Shown piece by piece: positions 37,594 through 52,179 of a DNA stretch of 64,000 nt (position 1 is its first letter; every line of letters begins with the position of its first letter). The notes under the pieces were generated by a model. The model had not been told where the DNA came from. It searched no databases and was given only the letters and a program-made list of their open reading frames with translations. A program made the position numbers and the translations under genes. The stretch lies in the NCBI RefSeq assembly GCF_004010195.1, contig NC_057757.1, forward strand, positions 7,145,402 to 7,209,401, in the 5' to 3' direction. The DNA comes from Chiloscyllium plagiosum (Eukaryota).

Positions 37594-40500
37594 AGTTGTA
37601 GAATTGTGTTCAAATCATGACCAAAATTAATGAGGGGCAAAAATAGCCTCCTTTGTTCAGAAACTGTACAAATTTGACGTGGTAATAGAATTCTAAAACA
37701 GTTCTTACAGCAGCCCCTTTATACACAGTTCTTACATATATTAAAATTGCATGACTATGGTATTCATATTTTTATCTGGAGTACACAAAGGTTTGAGGTA
37801 CATTTGTCCTGGGAGACAGGAGATGGGTTAAAACGTGTGCTAAGTCCTGGCTGCTACTCCTGATAGGATTAAGTGTGTCTGTCCGGTCTGCTTGCATAAT
37901 TCAAGGTGTTAGTCCTTTTGTCTGTTCATGAATCGTAGATCATAGAATCCCCATTGTGTGGAAATAGGCCATTTGGCCCAACAAATCTGCACTGACCCAC
38001 CAAAGAGTACCCCACCTAGACCCATTCCTTTACCCCATTACTCGGCATTTCCCCTAACTAATGCACCTAACCTACACATCCCTGAACATCATGGGAAATT
38101 TAGCATGGCCAATTCACCTAACCTGCACATCTTTGGACTGTGGGAAGAAACCAGAGCAGCCATGGGGAGAATGTGCAAACTCCACACAGTCACCCAAGGC
38201 TGGAATTGAACTCAGATCCCTGGTGCTGTGAGGCAGCAGCGCAAACTTTTAAGTTAGTAAAAAATACTAGACCTATAAATAAGTCAGAAATTGTACCTGT
38301 ATTTAATAAAAGTATAAACTGATTACAGCAGCTGGGTTGAGAGATTTGTTTGCTTTTTGCTGATGTGAGTTTCATTCATTCAGGCAATTTCATGGAAGTG
38401 CTGTTTTGTCACTTAAGGGCATAGTGGCCCTGTTAAAAGGTACTCAACAAGTATATACTAACTGGGGAAAGTGTTTGGTGATTCAGGTCTGAGAGATGTT
38501 CGGCAAGGGCTGATTAATGTTATAATGTTTCATGGTGACTTGATGGGGATGGTTTTGTTTACAATATTGACACATATTCAGATATAGCTAGGTGTAAGCA
38601 CTGCTTGCAGAAAAAGCTGATAAGGTGTGAAAATGCAGTAATGGGTTTGAAAGTGTTGTCTTAAAGTTGATCTATCTTATGATAGTAAAGTATACTACAG
38701 AGCCGCAGTTTTATGAATGAATAATTGAACAAAACTGTTATAATAGGGATTGATGAATGAATAAAACAGGAATGCAGTGTTTGCTTGTGAGTGGGTTAGT
38801 AAAGGAGTTAGGAATAAATGAACTGGAATCTGTTATTAATGAATATAGCGAGCTGTTGAGTGAGTTGGCAAAGATAACCGAAAACACAATATCTCACTTG
38901 ACTCTGCTGTGATGAAGTGAAAGACTCCAGTCTTGGATGAACAAGTGAGGAGGGAGGTCTTAGACACTGCACGAGACAGGATGTATTTGAGAACCCACAA
39001 AAGTACAGACGTAAATAAAGGAGTGTTCCATCAAGCATTACAGTGCTTCATCGAGGGATAAGGGGAAGGCAGACTCAAGGACCATGATTGCACAGACACA
39101 TCCCGCTATACGGGGATCTCAAAATGGAGGCAGTAGAATTTGTCTAAAGCAAAGATAAAGCATAACTCAGTGTAAATGTGCTGTGAAGAATTATCACATA
39201 GTTATGGCTTTTCCCAGGGTTTGAATAGGACTGATAATAGCTCTTGAAACTCAGACCTATTTGTGCATGGGTGCACGTCAATGAATATTAGCATTATTCC
39301 CGAACATCTAGGATAACTCACTGCTCTCTTTCAAACTAGCTACTGTGGGATCTTCTACAGCCCCATGATGGGGCCGGTGCAACCGGAGTTCAATATTTCA
39401 TCTGAAAGATGGTACTGATGTGTCGGACATTCCAGCATTCCCAGTTCTGGGATCTGAGTGGGTCTGCCTAGAACTTTGTAGTCAAACCTCTGGAGTATCT
39501 GATTCAGGTGTTAGTGCTAGCCACTGAGCCATGGCTTCTTCCCTATTTGTCCCTCAGCGTTCTGTTTGGGTTAGAAACATACCTGCTTTGTCACAGGGTA
39601 AGTTACAAAAGCAGATATTTCTGGAAAAACTTTACAGGGTCTGGCACACTCACTCATTTACCCCCTCACTTCCACTGGAAACTTTTGAGTCCTTAGAAAC
39701 ATTTTTGAAACAGTACTTTCCTCAACAGTGTGTCTTGGGACTTAGCAGATCACTTGACTTGTCCCAATACAATAGTAGAGTCAGAGATGTACAACATGGA
39801 AACAGACCCTTCGGTCCAACCCATCCATGCCGATCAGCTATCCCAGTGCAATCTCGTCCCACCTGCCAGCACCAGGAATATATCCCGCCAAACCCTTCCT
39901 ATTCATATACCCATCCAAATGCTTTTTAAAATGTTGCAATTGTACTAGCTCCACCACTACCTCTGGCAGCTCATTCTATACACGTACCACCCTCTGTGTG
40001 AAAAGGTTGCCCCTTTAGTCTCTTTTATCTTTGCCCTCTCACCCGAAACCTATGCCCTCTAGTTCTGGACTTCCCAACCCCAGGGAAAATACTTTGTCTA
40101 TTTATCCTATTCATGTCCCGCATGATTTTGTAAACCTCTATAAGGTCACCACTCAGCCTCTGACAGTCCAGGGAAATCAGCCCCAGCCTGTTTAGCCTCT
40201 CCCTACAGCTCAAATCCTCCAACCCTGGCAACATCCTCGTCAATCTTTTCTGAACCCTTTTAAGTTTAATAACATCTTTCTGATAGGAAGGAGACCAGAA
40301 TTGCATGCAATATTCCCACAGTGATTTAACCAATGTCCTGTACAGCCAAAACATGACCACCTAACTCCTGTACTCAATGCTCTGACCAATAAATGAAAGC
40401 ATACCAAATGCCTTCTTCACTATCCTATCTACCTGTGACTCCACTTTTAAGGAGCTATGAACCTGCACTCCAAGGTCTCTTTGTTCAGCAAAACTGCCTA

Positions 40501-41000
40501 GGACCTTACCATTAAGTGTATAAGTCCTGCTAAGATTAGCTTCCCCAAAATGCAGCACCTCGCATTTATCTGAATTAAACTCCATCTGCCACTTCTCAGC
40601 CCACTGGCCCATCTGACTGAGATCCCGTTGTAATCTGAGGTAATCTTCTTCGCTGTCCACTACACCTCCAATTTTGGTGTCATCTTCAAACTTACTAACT
40701 ATACTTTTTAACTGAATATATGTTGCTGGAAAAGCGCAGCAGGTCAGGCAGCATCCAAGGAGCAGGAGAATCGACGTTTCGGGCATGAGCCCTTCTTCAG
40801 GAATGAGGAAGGTGTGCCAAGCAGGCTGAGATAAAAGGTAGGGAGGAGGGACTTGGGGGAGGGGCATTGGAAATGCAATAGGTAGAAGGAGGTAAAGGTG
40901 AGGGTGATAGGCCGGAGTGGGGATGGGGGGCAGAGAGGTCAGGAAGAAGATTGCAGGTTAGGAAGGTGGTGCTGAGTTCGAGGGTTGGGACTGAGACAAG

Positions 41001-41736
41001 NNNNNNNNNNNNNNNNNNNNNNNNNNNNNNNNNNNNNNNNNNNNNNNNNNNNNNNNNNNNNNNNNNNNNNNNNNNNNNNNNNNNNNNNNNNNNNNNNNNN
41101 NNNNNNNNNNNNNNNNNNNNNNNNNNNNNNNNNNNNNNNNNNNNNNNNNNNNNNNNNNNNNNNNNNNNNNNNNNNNNNNNNNNNNNNNNNNNNNNNNNNN
41201 NNNNNNNNNNNNNNNNNNNNNNNNNNNNNNNNNNNNNNNNNNNNNNNNNNNNNNNNNNNNNNNNNNNNNNNNNNNNNNNNNNNNNNNNNNNNNNNNNNNN
41301 NNNNNNNNNNNNNNNNNNNNNNNNNNNNNNNNNNNNNNNNNNNNNNNNNNNNNNNNNNNNNNNNNNNNNNNNNNNNNNNNNNNNNNNNNNNNNNNNNNNN
41401 NNNNNNNNNNNNNNNNNNNNNNNNNNNNNNNNNNNNNNNNNNNNNNNNNNNNNNNNNNNNNNNNNNNNNNNNNNNNNNNNNNNNNNNNNNNNNNNNNNNN
41501 NNNNNNNNNNNNNNNNNNNNNNNNNNNNNNNNNNNNNNNNNNNNNNNNNNNNNNNNNNNNNNNNNNNNNNNNNNNNNNNNNNNNNNNNNNNNNNNNNNNN
41601 NNNNNNNNNNNNNNNNNNNNNNNNNNNNNNNNNNNNNNNNNNNNNNNNNNNNNNNNNNNNNNNNNNNNNNNNNNNNNNNNNNNNNNNNNNNNNNNNNNNN
41701 NNNNNNNNNNNNNNNNNNNNNNNNNNNNNNNNNNNN
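41001..41736. other. Assembly gap (736 N)
   Basis: Run of n. Confidence 1.
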
Positions 41737-42100
41737 CGCCAGAGACCCGGGTTCAATTCCCGACTCAGGCGACTGACTGTGTGGAGTTTGCACGTTCTCC
41801 CCGTGTCTGCATGGGTTTCCTCCGGGTGCTCCGGTTTCCTCCCACAATCCAAAAAAAAAATGTGCGGGTCAGGTGGATTGGCCATGCTAAATTGCCCGTC
41901 GTGTTAGGTTAAAGGGGTAAAAGTAGGGGTATGGGTGGGTTGCGCTTCGGCAGGTCGGTGTGGACTTGTTGGGCTGAAGGGCCTGTTTCCACACTGTAAG
42001 TAATCTAAAAAAAAATCTAATCTAATCTAAAAAAAAATCTAAATATCTAATTCATAAAATCTAATCTAATTCAAATCTAATCTAAAAAAATCTAATTCAT
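41737..42100 (+). mobile_element. Young HE1-like V-SINE with (AATCT)n tail
   Basis: B-box gggttcaattcc, V-domain gtgtggagtttgcacgttctccccgtgtctgc..gggtttcctccgggtgctccggtttcctcccac, and a CR1-type tail. Confidence 0.88.
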
Positions 42101-44477
42101 CCGCTCCCAGGAGGACCAGTTCCAATACCGTACAACCCAGATGGCCTCCTTCTTCAAAGATCGCAATTTCCCCCCAGACGTGATAGACAATGCTCTCCAC
42201 CGCATCTCCTCCACTTCCCGCTCCCCCAAGTCCCTCCTCCCTACCTTTTATCTTAGCCTGCTTGGCACACCTTCCTCATTCCTGAAGAAGGGCTCATGCC
42301 CGAAACGTCGATTCTCCTGCTCCTTGGATGCTACCTGACCTACTGCGCTTTTCCAGCAACACATTTTCAGCTCTGATCTCCAGCATCTGCAGTCCTCACT
42401 TTCTCCTAGAACTATACCTTTTATGCTCACATCCAAATCATTTATATAAATTACAAAAAGAAGTGGACCCAGCACTGATCCTTGTGGCACTCCACTGGTC
42501 ACAGGCCTCCAGTCTGAAAAACAACCCTCCACCTACATTTTCAAATCAGCAGCCTCAGCATCTGCACCTGCTACAAGGCTAACATCATAGAAAGTAGGAG
42601 CTGAAATAGGCCACTCAGACCATCAAGCATGCAATGCCATTCAGTTAACACATGGTGGATCTTCTACACCATTTTCCTATAATCGCTGCAATCTGCAAAA
42701 GTCTTTCAATGTTATACTGATTGGTTGATCCTCCATAGCACTCATGACTGGACAGTTCCAGAGATTCAGAGTCAATATTAGAATGATGCAGGAAAAGCAC
42801 AGCAGGTCAGGCAGCATCCGACGAGCAGGAAAATCGACACTTCGGGCAAGAGCTCTCCATCAGGAATGAGTTCCAGAGATTCACCACCTCCTGTGCAAAG
42901 AAATTCCTCTTCATCTCAATCTAATATGACCAGCCTCTTATTTTGATACTGTGCCTGCTGGTTGTATGTTTCAATAACCACTTCTCATTCTCCTAAATTC
43001 TATGGAATATGGACTAGACTTCTTCAGTTTCTCCTTGTAGAAAAATCTCACCATTCCAGGAATTAATCTGGTGGATCTCTACAGCAATTTTCTACAGCAA
43101 GTTTACATTTCTTCAGATAAGAATATCAAAACTCTTCAAACAACACCATGTGAAGTCTCATCAAGGATCTATGTAATTCCAGTATCTTTATTCCTGTACT
43201 CAAACCCTCTTGCAATGAAGAGCAACCTAACGATCACCAATGCAGCCATCATCTCAACAGCCATGTCCAGAGGATTTAGCAACTTTCATTTCCATTATTT
43301 GTTCCAGTACTAACTTTTTACTAAATTTGCTAATTTACTTTTTTTTTAAAGAATATTAATTTCTTTCATTTCCTTATTCTAACTGATTCCTTGGTTCTCT
43401 GATATTTCAGGAAGATGTTTTCATGTCTTCCTCTGGGAAGACAGACCTTTTTTTTAAATTCCTCTGCCATTTTCTTAATCTCCATTATAAATGGGTAGTG
43501 TGTTAATCCAGAAACCAGGGAATATTCTCAGGCCACAAGTTCAAATCCTATCATTTCTTATGGTGGAATCTGAATTCAATGAATTTCTGGAATTAAGAGC
43601 CTGTTGATGACAATGAAACCCTTATAGGAAACACCCACCTGGTTCACTACTGTCCTTGACAGATGGAAACTGCCATCCTTACTCGGTCAGGCCTACATGT
43701 GACTCCAAACCCACAGCAATGTGTCTGACTCTTAACTACGCTCTGGGCAACTAGGGATGGGTGATAAATGCTGGCCCATCCAATGATGGCCTCATTCTGT
43801 GAATGATTTTAAAACGGCATCGCTGCCTTGAATGGATCCACATTTGCCTTTAGTAATCTTTTGTTTTTTCACATTCTTGTACAAGTGTTTAAAATCCATT
43901 TTTACATTCCTTGCTACTTTACCTTCATATTCTTTTACCACCTTTTTTAAATATTAAGCTCTTGGTCCTTTGCATAATTCTAAAATGCTTCCAATCCTCA
44001 GGCTTGTTACTTTCTTGGCCCTGAATTATCCTCTTGCTTTGATGGAAGACATACTTAAACTCTCATTATCCATAATTAGATCACTTTTCCTGCTGGGTTT
44101 TAAACTACAAAGGAATGTAAATTTATTTTAATTATGGAAATGCTGTTCTTTTCCTATCTCCCATCACACGTAATACCGGTTTCCAATCTACAACAGCAAA
44201 TTTTCCTGAATACTTGCATTGCTTCTTATGGTCAATCTTACCTGCAGAGACATTTACAATGATATTATTATTTAGCCCTTTCACATTGCACAGTTTGATC
44301 TAAAATAGACCAATCTCTAGTTAGTTTTACAACATATCATTCTAGAAAACCATACTATACATAAGGATCAGTTCTCCAGAATTTTCCTTTAGAAACTGTT
44401 AGGCATTCTTACCTTCATCTCTTCCATACTCACAATCGCATCATTCCATGGCCCCTCAAATACCCATGCCAAATGTG

Positions 44478-45603
44478 AGAGAGACAGACAGAGAGACAGA
44501 CAGAGAGACAGACAGAGAGACAGACAGAGAGACAGACAGAGAGACAGAGCTGGGCGGAAGTGAAGTCGGAGCGTAGAGGCTGTTGGAAAGGTGGGTGAGT
44601 GTTATTTAAGTAGGTGTGTTCTAGGTCCCAGGTCCTACACAGTCGGGCCTCCCTTCCATCCCTCCTCCTCTAATCTAAATTAAAAGTCCACAGACTTACA
44701 ACAAAACACAGGGGGGTCGAGGGAAGTTTCTGTTGAGAAAAGAGCGAGTCTTTGGCTCAGGAGTCTTCGATAAAGAAGTTGAGAAGTGATTACGCCGTAG
44801 TTGAAGAGGGTGAAGACATGACTGCCAAGTTGATTCAGTGTACTGCGTGCATGATGTGAGAGGTCAGGGACTCTGGTGTAGCTGGTTCATGTAACTGTGG
44901 AAAGTGGGTGCACGTTTAGCTTTTGACAGAGCATATTGCAGCACTGAAGAAAGAACTAGATGACCTCAGGCTCATCCGAGAGAACAAGATCTTTCTGGAC
45001 AGGACCTTCAGCGAGGTTATTGCACCGAGCATACCAGAAGAGAGTAGAAGGGAGAAGGCGATGAGGAAGGCAGAGATGAGACAAGTGTAAGAGACCCCGG
45101 GGGAAGTACCTGTCAGGAACAGGTTGAATCTCTTGGAAACCGTAGAGAGAGACGTCACTGCCAGTCCGAGGGGTGGTCAGGTCTGCCAATCAGAAAGTGG
45201 CGTGGAGGCAGAGCCAAGGAGTCAGACATCACACAGAGCCGTGGTAATAGGGGACTCCATAGTGAGAGGGTCTGAAAGGGGTTTCTGTGGCAACAGGCGA
45301 GATTTGAGGATGGTGTGTTGACTTCCTGGTGTCAGGATTAAGGACATCGCAGACAGAGTGCAAGAAATCCTCTAGGGTGAAGGTGAAGAGCCATACGTGG
45401 TGGTACATGTCGGCACAAATGACGTCGGGAAGAAGAGGAGGAGGAACATTCTACAGTGGGACGTCGGAGAACTCGGAAGAAGGCTGAAAAGCAGGACATC
45501 CAGGGTGGTTATCTCCGGTTTGCTTCCAGTTCCTTGGGCTGGAGAGGCCAGGAACAGGGAGATAATGGACTTGAATGTGTGGCTGGGGAACTAGTGCAGG
45601 AAG
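44478..45603 (+). mobile_element. (GACAGAGA)n microsatellite followed by CR1 5'UTR and ORF1 (same family as 24297-28595)
   Basis: MTAKLIQCTAC..., VIGDSIVR and VVHVGTND, with stops. Confidence 0.88.
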
Positions 45604-47139
45604 CTCGGAGGACTCAACAGAGGTCTCCAGTTTCAAATAACCTCCCTTCCCATCGCCCAATTCCCTTCCCCTCCCTTCCATTCTTATCATCAACGCTTCT
45701 TTCTAACTACCAATCAGATTCATTCTTTCCATTGACCAACCAGGTCAGACCATCTACTTTGTGTTCATCTATCCCTACCTCACCATCCTGCCCCCTCACT
45801 CCTTAATCTGCAGCTGCCCTTACACCCTCCCAGTGCTGAAGGAGTGTTACACCTGATATGGTGATTTCTCCACCTCTCGATGCTGCCTGACTTGCTGCAT
45901 TCTTCCAGTCTCCTAATTGTTTACCTTAGATTCCAGCATCTGCAGTTTTTTTTGTCTCTAATGAACTAATCAAAGCCTGATCACATTGTTTGACCACAGC
46001 CAATGAAGCTTACTAGTAAAGATCTCCAGAATGTTTACACCAAGCCATAAATAGTGACATTCTATGCTCCACATAAGGTAACAGTGGTGCCAGCGCATCC
46101 AGAGACCACCTTGACACTTGCTTTATTTGGTCAACACAGGGAACCAGGGGTCACAAACTGTCTCGCCTGCAGTTTAATGGAGGTCAAAATTTACATTACT
46201 TTGACCAAAGTCCCAAACATGCTTGAATGTAGCTTTTAAACAAACTCATAACCATTCTTGCTACTGGCCATGCTCTTTAAACTATCTTTAATCAAACTGT
46301 GAATTCAGAATCCCCTGCTGAAATAATTGTAGTTGCTGAAATTCAGCCGTGTTTTAAAGACATACTAATAGCCCTCAGGAAAGTACAGCAAAAAGCTCTT
46401 TTGAAAGAACGAGCAGACCTAATTTTCTTTTAAACCTGCATTAGATGACCTATCAACATAGCATTTATCTCCTTTCAACTTTCAGTAAGTGTCAGATTTT
46501 AATATTTAAAGAATGGAATATTTAAAAGACTTTGTCAGTTTAATAGTGAGAATCCCTTTAGAGACAATGACCATAATATGACAGAATTCTTCATTCAGAT
46601 AGAAAGTAACACTGTTGAATATAAATACATGAAGCAGTAATGATATGAGGTACAGGGTGGCTATGATAAATTGAGGAATGTTAATGATGGTGGATAGACA
46701 ATGGCAAACATTAAAGAACACATAGATGAATTGCAACGATTGCTCATTTCTGTCCAGCATTAAAAAATGGGAAGGGTGACCTGATCGTTGCTAACAAGGA
46801 AAATCAGGGATCGTGTTTGACCCAAGGGACAGACAAATTTGCTAAATCAAAACTGACAATAGACCTGAGTATAGCTACTGTTTAGAATTCAGCAAAGGAG
46901 AACAAAGGGAATGATTAAGAGGGGGAAAATAGAGTACAAAAATAAGATTGCAGGAAACATATAAACTGATTGTAAAAGCTTCTTGTAGATCTGTGAAAAG
47001 TTAAAGGTTAGTGAAAATCAGTGTGGGTGCCTTAAAATCAGAAACAGGTAAATTAAAAGGGAATAAAGAGATGCCAGACCAATTAAATTCACATGGTTTT
47101 GCCATCAGAAAGGAGGATGCAAATAAGGTCCTAAATAAT

Positions 47140-50100
47140 GCTCCACTAATCTGCAGGGAGTGGTCAAAAGAAGGAGCAGCAGCAGCAAAGTATAAAACTT
47201 GGGGCATATTGTCCCTTTGAAAAATGCTGGAGTGACGTCGCAGCAAAGCTGTGACCTGATTGGCTGGTAGGAAATCTGCAGTAAGTTTAAAAATGAACAT
47301 AGAGGAGTTTTAGAAATTTATTAATTTATAAAAATATGAGTTAATTAAGTAAGTAAGTAGAGATGGCTGGACAAGGTGATGTGCTGTGGCTGTGTGATGT
47401 GGGAGCTGGCTGATCCCATTGTGAACTGCAGTGACCATATCTGCAGCAAGTGTTGGTTGCTGGAGGAACTCGGCTCAGAGTTGATGAGCTGGAATCTGAG
47501 CTGCAAACACTGAGGCACATCTGAAAGGAGGAAGAGTTACCTGGATGCTTTGTTTCAGGAGGCAGTCACACCTGGTAGATTAAGTAATTCAAATTCAGTC
47601 AGTGATCAGGGACAGCAGAGTGTGATTGCAAGTGAGGCAGGTAGGAGGATCCTGAGTTCAGGGATGGAGGAGCTTCAGCTCTTAATCTTGTCCAACAGGT
47701 AAGAGGTACCTGCTTCCTGTGTGGACGAGGAAAAGGGCTGCAGGGAGGATGAGACAGCTGACCACGGCACCAGAGTGCAGGTTGTCATTCAAGAGAAGGG
47801 AGCAAAAAACAACTGGTAGTTGTGGGGATTCTATAATTGGGGGATAGATAATATCCTTTGTAAGCGGATCGAGAGTCCTATATGGTGTGTTGTCTGTCCA
47901 GTGCCAGGGTGCAGGACATCTCTGACCAGCTTGAAAGGATATTGGAACAGGAGGGTGATGATCCAGTTGGTGTGGTTCACATTAGGACAAAACATAGGCA
48001 AGGCTAGGAAGGAGGACCTGTTTGGGAATTATCGAGCACTAGGAACAGAATTAAGGAACAGGTCCTCAAGGGTTTCAACTCCAGATTACTACCTGAACCA
48101 CATGCAAATTGGCTCAGGGATAAGAAAATTTGGAAAGTGAACACATGGCTAAAGGAGTGGTGTGGGCAAGAGGGGGCATGGGGCATCAGTTTTAGAACAG
48201 AAAGGATCGTACCGATCGGACCGACTCCACCCGAACCAATCTGGAACTGGTATTCTAGCGAAAAGGATAAATAGGGTGGTCACTAGGACTTTAAACTAGA
48301 GAATCGGTGGGGGAAAGGAAAGGATAAACAACTGGAAGTTTGATGATAAATAAAAAAGTAAGCAGCAGGTCAGCATGTGTGCAGGAGGGTTTAACTACAT
48401 GGCAGACTATGAAATAAGTAGAAAGGACTGATAACTCAGGAGATATTATTAGAGATGTTGGAAAATCATAATGAAGGTATGAAAACTAGCATAATGGCAC
48501 TTTACCTGAATACTCGTAGCATTCATAACAAGGTCAATGAGTTAATGGCACAAATGATTGCTAATGAATGTGATTTTAGTAGTCATTATAGAGACATCAT
48601 TACAGGATAGTCACAACTGGGAGTTAAACATCCAGGGGTGTCAGAGTATTCCGAAGGACAGACAGGAAGGGAGGTGGTGTAGCTCTGATATTCAAGGACG
48701 ACATTAGGGTGATGCTCAGAGATTATATAGGTTCTGTAGAGAATAAGGTTGAATCCATTTGGCAATTAGAAACTCTAAGAGAAAAGCTCACTAATAGGCA
48801 TAGTCTACAGGCACGAAATAATAACATCACATTGGGGAGGGCAATAAACAAAGAAATAACTAAATGCCTGTAAAAATGATATGGGAGTTATAAGGGGGGA
48901 TTTTAATCTATATGTTGATTGGTAGAACCACATTGGTCAGAGTAGCCTTGAAGTGGAGTTCATTGAGTGTTTCTGTGATATCTTTTCTTGAACAGCATAT
49001 AATGGAATTGACGAGGGAGCAAGCGATCCTAGATCTAGTCCTGTGTAATGAGACAGAAATAACTAATGACCTTATGGTTAGGGATCTTCTTGGAAGGAAC
49101 GGTCACATGGTTGAATTTAAAATACAGATGGAGAGTGCAAAGATAAAATCCAATACCAGAGTCCTGTGCTTAAAAAAAGGGAGACTATAATAGGATGAGG
49201 GAGAAGTTGGCTAAAGTAGACTGGAAACAAAGAGTTTACGATGGGACAATTGATGAACAATGAAGGACTTTCAAAGCAAGTTTTCAAAATGCTCAGCAAA
49301 AGTATATTCCAGTGAAAAGGAAGGACTGCAAGAAAAGGGATAATCGACCATGGGTATCTAAGGAAAGAATCAAATTGAAAGACAGGGCATACAAAGTGGC
49401 CATGATCAGCAGGAAACTACAAGGTTGGGAAAGCTTTAAAGGTCAACAGAAAGCCATAAAAAGAGCTATAAAGTAAAGTAAGATAGAACATGAGAAAAAA
49501 TTAGCTCAGAACAAAGACAGTAGCAAAACATTCTATAAATATATAAAATGAAAAAGAATGGCTAAAATAAACATTGGTCCTTTAGAGGATGAGAAGGAGC
49601 ATTTAGTCATGGGATATGATGAAATGGCCGAGGCACTGAACAGTATTTTGTATCAGCATTCACAATGGAAGACACAAATAGAGTACAATGTTAATAAATG
49701 TGAAGTCATCCATTTTGGTTGGAATAACAGTCAAAAGGACTATTACTTGAATGGTAAAAATTGCTGCATGCTCCTGTGCAGAGGGACTTGGGTGTCCTTA
49801 TGCATGAATCACAAGGTTGGGTCTGCAGGTACAAAAAGTAATTAAGGAGGCAAATGGAATTTTGTCCTTCATTGCGAAAGGGATTGAGTTTAAAAGCAGG
49901 GAGGTTATGATGCAGCTGGATAGGGCGTTGGTGAGGCCATACCTAGAGTATTGCGTGCAGTTTTGGTCTCATTACTTGAGAAAGGATGTACTGACACTAG
50001 AGGGGCTGCACAGGAAGTTCACTAGGTTGATTCCAGAGTTGTGAAGGGGGGGAATGTTAGCCTGATATCTGTAATGTAAAAATCAATGAGTCCATCGTAA

Positions 50101-51560
50101 AAGATTTCATAATTGAGCCTGTCACTTGGAAAACAGTGACAGGCTCGTCAACATACATTTATGAAAGGCAAATCATGTTATGGACCAGACCAGATCCTCT
50201 CAAAATGTGTTAAGGATAGTCCATTTTCTTATTTTAAAGGTATATGTGAAGTGCATGCTCCAGATGTGATGCAACTGGTCAAACACTCTACGTTAAGGAC
50301 AAAACAATCTACTAAAACACTAAAATGCAAACGAAAGGAAGAGGAATTTAGCATAACTTAATGATTAAAAAATTTAAGCGACGAGAGCCAATGGATGTTA
50401 TCTACCTGGATTTTCAAGAAGGCCTTTGACAAGGTACCGCACAGGAGCCTGATTAAGATAAGGGCCCATGGTGCTCCAGGCAAGGTGCTAGCATGGATAG
50501 AAACTGTTGCTGTTGGGCAAAAAGCAAAGAGTGGGGATAAAATGGGCCTTCTCAGGATGGCAGCTGGTGACACATGGTGTCGTGCAAGGCTCAGTGTTGG
50601 GACCACAACTCTTCACTTTATACATTAGATGGAAGAACTGAGGGAATTCTGGCTAGGTTTGCAGATGATACAAAGATGGTTAGAGGGCCAGGTAGCATTG
50701 AGGAGGAAGGGAGGCTGCAGAAGGATTTGGACAGGTTAGAAGAGTGAGCAAAGTGGCAGATGGAGTTCAACATGGGAAAGAGGGAGGTCATGCACTTTGG
50801 TAGGAAGAGTAGAGGCATGGACTATTTTCTAAATGGGGAGAAATTTCAGAAGCCTGAAATGCAAAGAGACTTGGGAGTTCTAGTTCAGGATTCTAGTTCA
50901 AATTTACCTTCAAGGTAAACTTGCAGGCTAGGTCAATCGTTCGGAAGGCAAATGTAATGATGGGATTTACTTCATGAGGACTTGAATATAAAAGCAGGGA
51001 TGTACTCCTGAAGCTCTATAAGGCTCTGGTCACACCACATTTGGAACGTTTGAGGACGCTGGGTCTATACTCGACGAGAGCAGGTCCTAGACTCTCTGAC
51101 CAATGGAAACATCTTCCCAACATCTATGCTGTCCAGGCCATTCAGTATTCTGGACGTTTCAATTAGATCCCCATATCCTTGTAAATTCCATCAATTATAA
51201 AACCAGAATCCTCAAACATTCCTCATATGTTAAGCTTTTCATGGGACCTTTCTCGTGAACTTCCTCTGAACATGCTCCAGGGCCAGTACATCCTTCCTGA
51301 GATATGGGGCCCAATACTGTGCATAATACTCCAAATATTGTCTGACCATAGCCTTATAAAGCTTCAGAAGTACATCCTTGCTTTAAAATTCAAGTCCTCT
51401 CAAAATAAATGACATCATTGTATTTGCCTTCCTAACTACTGACTCAATCTATAAGTTTACCTTGAGAGAATCCCAGACCAAATCTCCCAAGTGTCTTTGG
51501 ACTTCAGACTTTCAAATCTTCTCTCCATTTAGAAAATAGCTCATGCCCCTATTCTTCCAA
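47140..51560 (+). mobile_element. Decayed CR1 LINE(s): ORF1, APE and RT fragments; last ~500 bp antisense
   Basis: CCGCVMWE/CSKCW ORF1, REQAILDLVLCNE, RPYLEYCVQFWS, KAFDKVPH and FADDTK. Confidence 0.82.
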
Positions 51561-52179
51561 CCAAAGCCATGCCCCTCATGATTTTATCACCATAGATAAG
51601 GTTACCTCTCAGAATCCTACACTCCAGTGAAAACGCCTCTCCGTATAACTCAAACCCTTTAATCCCAGTAACATCCTGGTAAATCTTTTCTGCACCCTTT
51701 ATGTCCTTCCTACAGCAGAGTGATCAGAATTGCTCCAAATGTAGCCTCACCAACCTCCTATGGAGCAGTTATGGAGAAAGTTCAATCGATTATCACTTGG
51801 CACGGTTTCCACCAAGACATAGCTCACAACATCAATCCTGGGACTGCAACTGTTCACTCTGGGAAAGCTCAGAGATCTCTCCATCAGTGTTTTCAGGCTC
51901 ATTCCCCATGTATTGTTTCCATCAAATTCCTGTTCACCACTTGGAATTAGCTCAAAGCCATTCTCATGTGTGATAGGGATAAATAAACCTCAGACAGGTG
52001 TGTCTCCAGATGCCCAATTCTCAAACCCACCCATCAGTCTGTTATGATCCCCACTGGGGTGGGTTGACATAATTCCATAAAAAAAGGGGAGGTGGAGGAT
52101 CAAAGTGGAGGAAGATATCGGCCTCTTTCAATCCATCCCACCGGAGAAGGGAACATTGCGAGAATCTGGCTCAACTGCT

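Larger units (their letters stand above)
32737..38898 (-). mobile_element. Class I (gamma/epsilon-like) ERV, LTR-to-LTR, env-less and pol-deleted
   Basis: TSD tgac at 32733-32736 and 38899-38902. 5' LTR 38898-37597 (SINE inside), PBS 37593-37575, gag with CCHC, protease 36049-35780, pol scraps, G-rich PPT ~34935-34955, and 3' LTR 34934-32737 split by CR1. Confidence 0.9.
39775..42535 (-). mobile_element. CR1 RT/3' end interrupted by a Penelope-like insertion (40711-42409) spanning the gap
   Basis: CR1 [17 protein letters not shown] is split, with a ~14-bp TSD aactatac(t/c)tttta (40697-40710 and 42410-42423). Inverted pLTRs carry hammerheads at 40769-40804(-) and 42278-42313(+). Confidence 0.82.

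Noticed and set aside
39558..39602. 40-nt AG...GTAAGT micro-exon
   Set aside because: Not frame-preserving, no recognisable peptide, and a competing candidate exists on the opposite strand.
40797..41907. Long ORFs of 263-362 aa in the track
   Set aside because: Artefacts of translating the N gap.
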